Assembly (NCBI RefSeq): GCF_016432865.1
Contig: NC_067399.1
Location: 678,590,001 to 678,654,000, forward strand
Length of the DNA: 64,000 nt
Direction of reading: 5' to 3'
Origin: Antechinus flavipes
Taxonomy: Eukaryota
The position numbers and the translations under genes are program-made. Shown here piece by piece: positions 33,936-45,110 of the stretch (position 1 is the stretch's first letter; each line of letters starts with the position of its first letter). Under the pieces are notes generated by a model. It ran no database searches, had not been told where the DNA came from, and was given only the letters and a program-made list of their open reading frames with translations.

Positions 33936-35020
33936 AAATCATTTTTAAAAAATGAAACAGCACAGATCCCTAAGATTCCTCACTAGAGCCTCTGCAAGTT
34001 GGATGTTAACTTAGATTCCACTACCTCCCCTTTCTGGAAAAATAGGACGGGCCGCCTTCTCACACGCACAGCTACTTGTGGCCAATGTTTCTCTCCTCTG
34101 TCCTTGCTCCTTTCCTGTTAGAGCCCACTTTTCTGGTAAAGAGAAAGAAAAAAAGNNNNNNNNNNNNNNNNNNNNNNNNNNNNNNNNNNNNNNNNNNNNN
34201 NNNNNNNNNNNNNNNNNNNNNNNNNNNNNNNNNNNNNNNNNNNNNNNNNNNNNNNNNNNNNNNNNNNNNNNNNNNNNNNNNNNNNNNNNNNNNNNNNNNN
34301 NNNNNNNNNNNNNNNNNNNNNNNNNNNNNNNNNNNNNNNNNNNNNNNNNNNNNNNNNNNNNNNNNNNNNNNNNNNNNNNNNNNNNNNNNNNNNNNNNNNN
34401 NNNNNNNNNNNNNNNNNNNNNNNNNNNNNNNNNNNNNNNNNNNNNNNNNNNNNNNNNNNNNNNNNNNNNNNNNNNNNNNNNNNNNNNNNNNNNNNNNNNN
34501 NNNNNNNNNNNNNNNNNNNNNNNNNNNNNNNNNNNNNNNNNNNNNNNNNNNNNNNNNNNNNNNNNNNNNNNNNNNNNNNNNNNNNNNNNNNNNNNNNNNN
34601 NNNNNNNNNNNNNNNNNNNNNNNNNNNNNNNNNNNNNNNNNNNNNNNNNNNNNNNNNNNNNNNNNNNNNNNNNNNNNNNNNNNNNNNNNNNNNNNNNNNN
34701 NNNNNNNNNNNNNNNNNNNNNNNNNNNNNNNNNNNNNNNNNNNNNNNNNNNNNNNNNNNNNTCCATATAATAATGACCAATCTTTATGCATTACATTTAC
34801 AGAATTCCTTTGGACACCGATTAGTCTCACAGAAATTTGGTGGATTAGCCAAGGCAGCATCTCTAGACTCATTAGTACAGATGAGGAAACTAAGGCTCAG
34901 AGAGATTGGGCTTTCCAGAATCACAGAATTTAGAGCAGGAAAAGACCTTGGAGATCTGCGGGCCGGATCCTGTCAGTGAGGAAACACATCCAGGGAGATC
35001 TCACTCCATGGTGAGAGCTA

Positions 35021-35406
35021 GCCCGGCTCCCTCTGCCCCCCCCCCTCTGCCCCCGGCTCCCTCTGCCCCCCCCCTCTGCCCCCCCCTCTGCCCCCGGCCC
35101 CCTCTGCCCCCCCCTCTGCCCCCGGCCCCCTCTGCCCCGGGCCCCCTCTGCCCTGGCCCCCTCTGCCCTCGGCCCTCTCTGCCCCCCCCCTCTGCCCCCG
35201 GCTCCCTCTGCCCCCCCCTCTGCCCCGGGCCCTCTCTGCCCCCGGCCCTCTCTGCCCCCGGCCCCCTCCGCCCCTGGCCCCCTCTGCCCCCCCCCTCTGC
35301 CCCCGGCCCCCTCTGCCCCCCCCTCTGCACCCGGCCCCCTCTGCCCCCCCCTCTGCCCCCGCCCCCTCTGCCCCCGGCCCTCTCTGCCCCCGGCCCCCTC
35401 TGCCCT
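35021..35406. repeat. C-rich CCCTCTGCCCC(C/GG)n minisatellite
   Basis: About 385 bp of 11-18-nt variants of ccctctgccccc; the minus strand is (GGGGGCAGAGGG)n. Confidence 0.95.
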
Positions 35407-35449
35407 TGGCTGCCACTTTGGGGAGAAGAAACCACGGAGGGACGGCTTC

Positions 35450-36900
35450 TTTTTCAGCACTGAAGCAGCAGAACGGGCAGGGAGATGGCGCGGAAGAGCT
35501 GGGTCCCCGTCTGACTGAAGTGTCGGGGCCGTGGGACGGGGAGGTCCCTTCCGTATCCAGGCGCCTCTCTGACAGTAGCTGCGCGGGTGGAGCTGCTTGG
35601 GGACAGAAGGTTTTCCCGGGGAGCCCCCAGCGAAGTCCCGGGGCGGGGGTGAGAGCCTCGGAGACCTTGCACAATACAGAGCGGAAGCACCCCCCCCCAC
35701 GCCCCTGAAGCCTTCCTGGGTCTGTGTCTCCCCGAGTCAGAATCGGAAGGAAACCCAGTGACGACGGGTCCGATCCTTTCATTCTTCTGGAGGGAAAAAA
35801 TTCGGAACTTAAAAACCCGGGAAAAGGGGCCTTTCGGGGCACACAGCGGCCGACGGCAGAGGGCTCTGGAAGTGCCAGTGCCTTGTCCCGGGATCTCGCA
35901 GGGAGGCCTCCTCCCTCCGGGCAAAGTCCTGGCGTTTTCCCGCTCTGCTGTTTTGTTTCCCACTGACCTTTCTAGTCTCTTCTGTGAATTCTGCGAACGC
36001 CCCTGGGGTATCCCTGCCACCCAACAATAAGGGCCCTGCCGATGAGGGGAGAAAAACCAAGTCCCGGGCGCGCACGTGAAGCACCCCTAATCCGGGAGTC
36101 CCGTCTCCGCGGCCTCGGCCGGTCCCTTTGGCCATCGGGGACCCTCCAGAGCCGGGCCGGGCCGGCACTCTGGGAGCCCTTCCAGGCGGCTGACCCCAGT
36201 TTTCTCCCCGGGCCTCCTCGCTTCCGTCTGCATCGGCGGGTCCCGGGCCCCGGGTTCTTGGCCGCCGCCCCTGTCGGCCGTTCCTCCGCTGACTCTCTGT
36301 CCCGGGCCGTCGGTCACGTGACCGGCCCCTCCTCACGGGAGGGCCCCGGTGGTGGCCCAGGCTGCCGGGCCCAGAGAGCCTTCGCCGTCTCCCTTTGTTC
36401 TCTTCGGAGTTTGGCAAAGACATTACCGGGTGAAATGGTCTGCGGGCTTTGGAAGCCGCGCGTAACCCCGGTCACACAGAGGGAGAATTTGAACCCAGGC
36501 CCTCTTCCTCCTGCTGCAGTCAAAGCCCTCGGGTCTTCCCCAAATAAACAGCGCCGAAGCCCAGGGAGACCCCGGATCTGGGTGGGGCAGGCCCCAGCAA
36601 GGCTCGGGGGAGGGGGTTTGGCCAGAGCCGGCCGACCTTCTCTCTGCCAGGGACAAACGGAGGCGAAGGCCCTGCCCTTTTCCGAGCCCGCCGGAGGAGC
36701 GCTCTTTGTTTCCAGTGGCTTCTGTGGGCACTTGGCGGTGGGGGCTGACAGGGGGGGGGGGCTGACGGCGGTGGGGGCTGACAGGGGGGAGGGGAGGGAG
36801 TTCTCTTCCCTTCTCTCTCCCGGGGGAGCGTCTCTGGTGCCCACCTGAAAATCACAAGGTTCCCCTCTGCCGCGCTGGGAGCGCAGCCTTGATTGAAGCC
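35450..36900. promoter_or_regulatory. CpG island B with CLEAR/USF E-box
   Basis: Dense CpG; perfect 14-bp palindrome CGGTCACGTGACCG at 36,311-36,324; a second CACGTG near 36,073. Confidence 0.7.
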
Positions 36901-37906
36901 CTGTCAAGTAGCCAGGGTCGCTGGGATTTGGGAATAACATTCCTCCTTCTTCCGTCTACAACAGATCTGGGTCTAATCAAAACCCTTAATTAAAAAAAAA
37001 TGCTCAGGTACTTAATTTGAATTGCTTATTTGCATAATACTGGAGGACAAAAGAAACCCATTCTGGATTCCATCTCTCCCCGGTAGCCGAGTCGTGCCCC
37101 TCCTGACCTGCCGGTGACGAGGCCGCCCCAGGAACAGAGCCTGCTTTTCCCGGGTCTGGGGAGAGGGGAGCGGCTCCCGGGGAAGGAGCCTTCCAGGAAA
37201 TGCCCTTGCCGTCCCTTATTCCCTGGGACCCGGAATCCCTTCAGTGAACAAACTTGTCATGGGGGGGGGGGGGGAACAAGACCGAACACACAAACGTTCT
37301 TGGGAGGGGACAGATTGACTTAAATTCACACTCAGGTGTAAATGACCCGTGCAAAGCGTTGCTGACCCCCTGTGGGAGGGGAGGAGGGGAAGTAGCCGGG
37401 TGTAAGAAACAGGTGGTAGAAGTAGAATCGGAGCCAGGAGACGTGGGTTCTAATACTGACTCCTTACTTTCTGGGAGCCTGGGCACCTATTTGGGTCTCA
37501 GTGATCTCAGCCGTCAAATGGGGCCAGGGGCTGCTTGGTCGCTAAGGCACCTTCCGGCTCTCAAGGCTGACTGAGCTCCTGTGATTCACTAGATGCCTGA
37601 GGCTGTAGGAGGGGCTGCGATAGGGAAGGGAAGGAAGGGGGATTGGGAGGAGGGCCCAGAAAGGGGAGGCTTTGGCCGCTGAACACAAACTCATGTCCCT
37701 GGTCAGGGGCTGCTCGCGTTTATCTGGGAAGATCCCTTTATTCTTGCATTCACTCATCCATTTACTCATTGATCGTTTTGTAAAGTGTGAAAAGCTTGGG
37801 TTCCAATGGTCCAGTGCAATCGGGAGGAGATAAAGGAAAACCTGCAGAGCAGGCGGATCCTCAGATGCTGGAGGGGGCCCTTCCAGCTCACCAGGAAAGG
37901 CTCCCC

Positions 37907-38060
37907 CTTGGCTCAGGGGATCCCCTCCCCCCTCCCCAGAAAGCCCCCCGCCCCAGGCTTGGTTCAGGGGATTCCTCCCCCCCCCCCCGCCCCAGGCTTG
38001 GCTCAGGGGATTCCCCCCCCCCCCGCCCCAGGCTTGGCTCAGGGGATCCCCTCCCCCCTC
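37907..38060 (+). repeat. Short GC-rich tandem repeat (core ttggctcaggggat plus C-run, 4 copies)
   Basis: Core at about 37,908, 37,959, 37,998 and 38,034, separated by variable C-runs. Confidence 0.85.
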
Positions 38061-39400
38061 ACATCCACTTGTAGCCGAAATCGCTTCCCCTCCCCTCCCC
38101 TGTAGTCCGGCAGACAGCGCCCCGAGCTCTCCCAGCCCGCCTTGTATTTTGCAAGAGAAGATCAAAGGAGACAAACGAGCTAACGGGCTTTGGGATCCTG
38201 GAGCGCTCTGGAACCCTGAGCCGCTCTCTCTCCCCGGGCGCGGGCCGGTTCCCCTCCCCGCGAACAGAAGGCGCTTCCAGGCCTTCCCCAGGCCTTCCCC
38301 CTCTCTCCGGAGCTCCCGGCTCTGGAGCGGCCGCCGGGCGCATCCCTGGCGTTTAATAAACGCCTGATGAACTGAATTGAATATTGGTTGAAGTTGAATT
38401 TGAGCTAAGTGGAAGCTTGGACTCCGGCACTTCCGGGAGCCCAGAAAACTCCGGCTGGAGCCTATTCCAAGCCGTTCTCGAAAGGAGGAGGAATCGGGCA
38501 TTCCGCTTAGGGCCGGGGAAAAAGCGCCGGCGCCCACTGATTTCACTGCGGAAGCGCCGCTTCCCGGCGAAGGGATTTCCGCGAGGGGCTGCACGCCGGC
38601 GGCGGTGGTGAAGGCCCAGCCGAGCGGAAGGAGGCCGCCGGAAGAAAGGCCTTAATGGGCTAGGAGCGTCCCGGCTCCGACAGGAAGAGCGCCCCGCCGC
38701 TTTGGCGGAGAGAAAGAAAGAGGGGGGACGCGGGGGGACGAGGGGGAAGAGCGGGGGTGGGGTGGGGGGTGGGGAGGGGCCCCGCTCGTTTCCCAGAGGC
38801 TAAAGCTTCTCCCAGCCGAGCCCGGCCCTTAAATAAACCCCGAGAACTTCCGGCCTTCGGCCCGGCCGCTCTTCCGTGACCCCGCGCTGGGCGGCGAGGG
38901 GCCGCCGCCTTCTCCCCCGGTTAATTTTCCGGCCTCAGATGTTCCCTAATAGATCATCATTCGCGGCAGACGACGTGGAAATGGCTGGCTATTAGCGGCG
39001 TAATTGTCCTTGAACGGGCGATGCGCATTGTTCAGGGAGCGCTCCCGACTTCCAGCAGACAGGGAAATGAGCCGAGAGTTCGGGAGCCCGGCCCACGGGA
39101 GGAGGGGGGAGGGGGGCCTCGCGGAGGGGTCCTCGCCCCCTCGGACTCTCCGGGCCCACCGGGCCGCGTCCCCAACGCTCGCGGATATAGAGCGGGCCAC
39201 CCTCCAGCGTCCCGGCTCTGGGACTGTCGCTGGGCTCCGGGATTGTCGCCGAGCTCCGGGGCTGTCGCCGGGCTCTGGGATTGTCCCGGCTCCGGGACTG
39301 TCGCCGGGCTCTGGGATTGTCGCCGGGCTCTGGGATTGTTGCCGGGCTCTGGGATTGTCGCCGGGCTCCGGGGCTGTCGCCGGGCTCCAGCACGATCTTC
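38060..39400. promoter_or_regulatory. CpG island C with ETS (GABPA/ELK-type) motifs
   Basis: ACTTCCGG at 38,429-38,436 and 38,846-38,853; several CGGAAG; TTAAATAAA at about 38,829; G-run cluster at about 38,753-38,780; TAAT and CATTGTT motifs at 38.92-39.03 kb. Confidence 0.7.
39211..39388 (+). repeat. 19-bp CpG-rich minisatellite, ~9.5 units
   Basis: Consensus CGCCGGGCTCTGGGATTGT with two 17-bp variants. Confidence 0.95.
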
Positions 39401-39519
39401 CAGAGAGAATCTACACACGGACGGTTGTAACGTTCCGTAATATCCACATACACACTCGTTAGCATTACAAACACGGACGCTCTGTGGACACAGACAATGC
39501 GCTTGTACATAGGGAATAA

Positions 39520-40620
39520 ACACACGCCCCGCCGGTATGTACGGTACATATACAGCACACGTGAGGATTATGGGTACACGTGATACACACCTAAACCACC
39601 ATCTACATCAGCGATAGTTACAGCATGCACACCGACTACATGTAATAGGCGTGTGTACGTCAGCGTTGTATGTCACATAACCCCCACACAAACCCACGTC
39701 TGTGATATGCACAGAATAGCCTTACATATGCAGGTATAGCACCATATACACACATTTACAGTAATGCAACATGAACATATTCTGCACACACGTGTATAAT
39801 GTGTGCATCAACATATATACACACACAACATGGACACGCACATAAAACAAAAAGATACAATATAACGTTTACATGTTAGCATCACACATATGTAGAACAA
39901 CACATACATATGTGTAGACATTAGTATTATATATACTTAGAAATATACACACAGAAAACATATATAATGTGTACACAGTAGCATTACTTATCCAGAATAA
40001 TATGCACACATTTACAGTGCTATATATGGCACAGTATTCTATAGCATACCTCATGCTATATATGACATGTAACACGTGCCTGTAATGTGTGCAGCAGCAT
40101 TATATATATGCACATTACACATGCACATATAAAATACACAGAATGTAACGTTTATATGTTAGCATTATACATAATATAGAATAACAATACATATGCAGGC
40201 ACACATTAGCATTATACACACAGGTATATGACATGTACACAGCAGCATTGTGCAAACCCGTATATTTATGATATTCATGCATTTAAACAATACGTATGTT
40301 TAAAAATAGTATGAAAGAGATACCGGAAGCCAGTAGCCTCCTGCTCAGATCTCTGTTGGCCAGACTGCAACAACACCTATTTGTGTAGATGTATGGAGCA
40401 TATGAGCAGGAACATACATATGTACACACAAATACGCACATGTGATACACAGCACAACGCAATGTAACACTCATAGGCAGCGCACATGCAAAAAACGTGT
40501 GCATTCATATCTACTGTTACAATACAAATCATACGGAGCACACGGACAGCACAGTGCACATTTACGTGCACACACGTAGCACATGCATGCGGCACACACA
40601 CACACGTAGGAGAACAGAGA
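39520..40620. repeat. Degenerate (CA/TA)n low-complexity block with an internal ~285-bp duplication
   Basis: Alternating purine-pyrimidine sequence; aatgtgtgca at 39,798 and 40,084; taacgttta at 39,863 and 40,146. Confidence 0.85.
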
Positions 40621-42149
40621 GAGACAACCAATGCGAGCGCCGGTTCTGGCTCTGGCCCCCCTCCCTGTGTGTTCTTGGGCTTGTCACTGCCCTTCTGGGG
40701 CTCAGTTTCCTTTTGTAAAATGGGAGGGGTGGCCAGGTGGCCAGGTAAGTCTGTTCCTTTCCCTACTTCCATGGAGCTTCCTTCAGTCCCCAGGACGGAC
40801 CTCCACACCTTGCCGCCCCGGGGGCCGTGCTGCCAATATTTTGGGGAAAGAGGGAGAGGGCGATCCCCTAGGTGGAAGCTTTTGACTCAGGAAAAGCTAC
40901 CGGAGTTCCGATGGAGAGAGCTGGCTACCCCAAGCTGCCACTAGTCTAGGGCACGTGGCCCCGGGAAAGCGGGATCCCTGCAAGCGCCATGGCAGTGCGA
41001 GTTTGTCCTCTCCTCGTACTTTGGTACCACACCCGATGACGGCGTCAGTTGTCGGGAAAAGGCCCCATGGTGTTTGGCGGGCAGGTTATGGAGGCGGATG
41101 TGAGGAGCCCGTCATCGAGGACAGAGCCCTTCTCCAGACGCTCGAGGCTGGGCGAGGGAGACCTCGGGGTCTGGGCCCTGGGCCTGCCTGGGGACGAGTT
41201 CTGAACAAGCGGAAACCTTCCAGACCTACCCAAGGCCAAGGAAACGTCATCCCTCCCCCCGAGCAAGGCTGGCCCAAGGTTGCCTCTCCCGAGCGGTTTC
41301 ATGAACTACAAGTGTCCCAATTAGTCCCTGGCAGCGCTTGGCTGGCGCTTGCCAGAGTGGCTCGGGGTCCTGTGGGCTCGTGGGCTTCCAGGACTCTCCA
41401 AGGACGGACAGCTGCTTCCTCGGCCGGGCTGCCAGGATTTCCATCCCTTTGTTGCCTGGCAGAGGGTGGGCTGTGCCCTCCTTCCCTCTCTGCTCACAGG
41501 GTGGGATTCATTCCTTGTTTCCATCATTGGACAGAGGCAGCACAGGAGAAATGGAAGTTCAGATCTCTCCCGGGCACTTCCTCTGTGGTGTAATTTTGGT
41601 CAAGTCCCTGGTCCTCAGGCTCCTTGTCAATAAAAGAGAAGAGTGCTAGGGATGCTGCTCAGCTACCAGGGTTTCTGGGAGTTCTTTGGGTAAAGGGCTT
41701 TTCAAGCCACACCTGGTGCGGCCGCTGCGACTGCTGTTATTCCTCGTCTCAGCCACCGAACGTTTGTTTTTCCATTTCCATCGTCAAAATCAAGAATGGA
41801 TTTAGAATTAAGAATGAAATCAAGAATTTAGAATTCAGGATGCTTGAGTCTTTGCGCCTGGGGGAAAGAGGGGCAGGAGAACAGGCTTGTGCTCTTGACT
41901 GTGGGAGTAAGGGACCTCACCTCAATGCTGGGAGCCTCCCTCTAAATCTGGTGCTCTTTCTACCATGTGTAAGCATCAGCTATAATAATAATAATAATAA
42001 TTATTATTATTTTATTGCTAGAATCTACTTTAATTCAGTTCGTGTTTTACTTGTGAATTTTTCAAAGCTAAGTCACGACAATCACGAGATGATTACAGCC
42101 AAAATGAATAACACGCTAAAAGCCAGCATTCCTCTAGATCTTACTCTGT

Positions 42150-42330
42150 ACTCAACCCCTTACGATGATCTGATTTGATCTTCACAAGTAGATGATATTA
42201 TCCTCTTTTATAGATGAGAGAAACGAGGCACAGAAATTAAGTGACTTGCTCAGGGTCATACAGCTAATAAGTATCTAGGCTGAATTTGAACTCAGGTCTC
42301 CGACTCCCAGTCCAGTGGCTGCCTATATTA
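42150..42330 (-). mobile_element. MIR/MAR1-type CORE-SINE
   Basis: tttatagatgagagaaacgaggcacagaaattaagtgacttgctcagggtcatacagcta...atttgaactcaggtc. Confidence 0.8.
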
Positions 42331-42749
42331 CCTCCTCCAACAACGATCCGTTCCGATACTTTCATTCACTTACAAGCAGTGGTTATATTATTTATATGGG
42401 TTCAGGGAGGGACTTGTCCCAGAGCCAATTCTACCTGGGTTCCACTTAAAAGGAGGAGAAGAAGCTACAATAATAGTTGCAAGAGCAAAATAACACTAGC
42501 ACCAGCTCCAGTTAGAGAAGTGAATTAAAGTATGCAAAGAAAGCACCTTTATATGTATTATCTGATTAGATAAAAGTAATTGTAGGTACATCCCCCACCT
42601 CTTTCTAGCAAGCTAAGTCCTTTGTGAATAATTTGGAATTGCTTACTGGATTTGCCTTCATGGCAGGAAAAGAAAACCTAAAATAAAAGCTACTTAATAT
42701 AGACTTTGTATTCTATTGATAAAAGCACTACCTGGAGAAGAGTTGGTGG

Positions 42750-43900
42750 ACCAGGGAAAACAGCGGGCGTTCTGGATATGGAGTCTGAAATGGAGATTCT
42801 CTTTCATCAGTGTTAAATAATTTCCCAAGTCCCTTTCAACTTGAACTTACCCACAGAATTGGGTTAATAAGCAAGGTGGGCTTCTTCAAAAGGGATCGTC
42901 CTTTCTCCAAAGTCTAGCTTTGTATATTAAGGGGATGATAAAAAACACTTAGGTGAAGGTCAGAAAAAAGATTTAATATTTTCATCGGTCTATACTATAG
43001 GCCCCCTGGACAGAAGGAGTAAATGGATGAAACATTTGGGAAATGCATCCTAAGTTTGTAACGGAAAAAGGATCAAGCCACGTTGGAGCTCTTTTTCGGC
43101 CAAAAGATGAGACGCTAATGTTATGGTTTGCCTTAATAATAATCTAAGCAGAGAGAATTACCGATAGAATTGTTATTCTTGGGATGACTGGATGCTCAAG
43201 CAGAAACGATGGGATACTTGGGGGACAATGATCACTTTGCTTTAGAAATAACGTGGGGAAAAAGGGAAGTGTGACAAACACTCTAGTTTTAGAGTAGATT
43301 TCAGAGGATTCAGGAGAAGGATAGATGGGAAACCTCAAAAGAGTAGAGTGAGAGTCAGTCCAGGAAAGTTGGAAAACTTTCAAAAATGAAACAGGAAGAT
43401 GCAGAAAGAATTCTGACCAAGAGGAAAAGGTGAAGCTATCTCAAGAGTTTGATGTCAAAGCTGAGGAAACTCATCATCAATGACCAATGATACATCAGTT
43501 TACCAAAGGAAGAAGCAAGGGCATGTAGAGAAGGATGGGTCTATAACTGAGCCATGGTTCCATGGAAGAGTTTCAGGAGCACCAAAGCGAAGGACGTGTT
43601 TATTTCTATTTTTAGCTGTCCTGGGGCAAGAGGAAGATCATAAGATGGGTAGGATTGCTATGTGGAGGCTCTAGGATGATGGCGACAGACATCTGTAAAA
43701 AGGCAGAACTACTCAACTCATTTAAACAGCTGTTTTCTCTCTTTTAAGGAGAATCATCTCCTGACTGGGGGAGGATAGAAGCAAAGTATTAAAGGAATTG
43801 AAACCCAAGGAAAGTGAAGGAAGAGAAGCTGGACTTATGGTGCCCTTAATGAATTCAAGTCAGCAGGCTCAGACAAATGGGGATCCTTGTAGAATATGAT
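42750..43900 (+). mobile_element. L3/CR1 LINE ORF2 remnant
   Basis: aaggcagaactactcaactc (KAELLNS-like) and aatgaattcaagtcagcaggctcagac (NEFKSxGPD-like) are typical decayed CR1/L3 ORF2 motifs. Confidence 0.7.
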
Positions 43901-44229
43901 TGTCTGAGTGGCTGATGTTGGAGATGGAGAAGAATGAAGGTGGTGTGGGAACAGTGGGGAAGGGAAAATATCACTTCACCCCAGGCACAACGGTTAGCTT
44001 GGTCCCCCTTTCCATGTCTTCCATAGTTTTTCCTCTTCTCCTTTTACTGCCCTCTGCTGTCTCTTAGAGGTCCCTTTCTTTCCTTCCTGCTTCCAGGGGA
44101 CATTTGGAAATGCAGCCCCCAATCTGGTCCAAATCTCCTGAGTGTGGCTGTGCTGGGAGGTCCCCTGGTGAGCCCTCGAAGTGGGGCTCAAGAGTTCCCA
44201 TCGAGGACGAGGGAATTAAGACGCCATGA

Positions 44230-44360
44230 CTTCCCTGTGCCCGACCCTGGTCAGACCCCCTTCGGAAAGGTGTATTTAGTTCTGAGTTAGTGTAGAAAGG
44301 TTATGGACAGGTTGGAGGTCCTCAGAGGAAGAGGATAGTGATCGTGAGGGGACTTGATGT
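44230..44360 (+). mobile_element. L3/CR1 3' fragment
   Basis: ccctggtcagacc...tttagttctgag...gacaggttggaggtcctcagagg...gatcgtgaggggact. Confidence 0.6.
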
Positions 44361-44899
44361 TCAGAGCGGGCCGTTCCATTACAGCCAGCCCCGGCTTGAG
44401 CTCAGAATCTCTGGACGATCCCAGTAATCTGAGATAGTGTTTTTTGCACACCGATAGCACTCATGTCTATTTGAATAGAACCATTCATCATTCTTTCTGC
44501 CATGCTATTACCCTTGTCTTTGGACTCTTGGCTTCAGAAAATTAAAATGGAAAGAAGTCAGTTTGGGTCGTACAGTTTAGTTTTGGTCTTATTGGATTGT
44601 AAAATTTCCAAGTGGAATTAAGAAAATAAAGTATTTTTGATGGTGAAAAGAAGGTGAAGAGGTGGGCTTTGGCTGCAAGAACCCCCATCCTCACCTATAA
44701 TCGATGCTGACTTACAGTGCCTAGCATCTAGTAAGTGCTTAATAAATGCTTGCTGCCCGCCTACCTACCCTTGCTAGTCTTGCCAATGGCCTATGAGAAA
44801 AGACTGGGAGATGTTAAAGCTGGCTCTCTGAGAGCATCCTTAAATCAAGTAGGAGGGCAAGAAGAATAAATCTCAGAAACAGTCAATCTGAGGCCCTCC

Positions 44900-45110
44900 T
44901 ATAATAATAATAATAACAGCTAACACATACAATGCCCATTCTGTGCTTTATACCTATTCTTTCATTTGATCCTCATGACAATCTTGAGAAGGAGATGCTA
45001 TTATCCCCATGTTACAGATGAGGAAACTGAGGCAGAAGTGAAGTGTTTTGCTTCAGGTCACACAGCCTTTAAAATCTGAGGCTGGATTTGAACTCTTGGC
45101 CCAAGGCTCT
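44900..45110 (-). mobile_element. MIR-type CORE-SINE
   Basis: tcatttgatcctcatgacaatcttgagaagg...ccccatgttacagatgaggaaactgaggcaga...ggatttgaactc. Confidence 0.85.

Noticed and set aside
34906-38594. Long ORFs (185-350 aa) across the C-rich array and CpG islands
   Set aside because: High GC and repeats suppress stop codons; products are low-complexity Pro/Gly/Arg/Ala with no recognisable domain.
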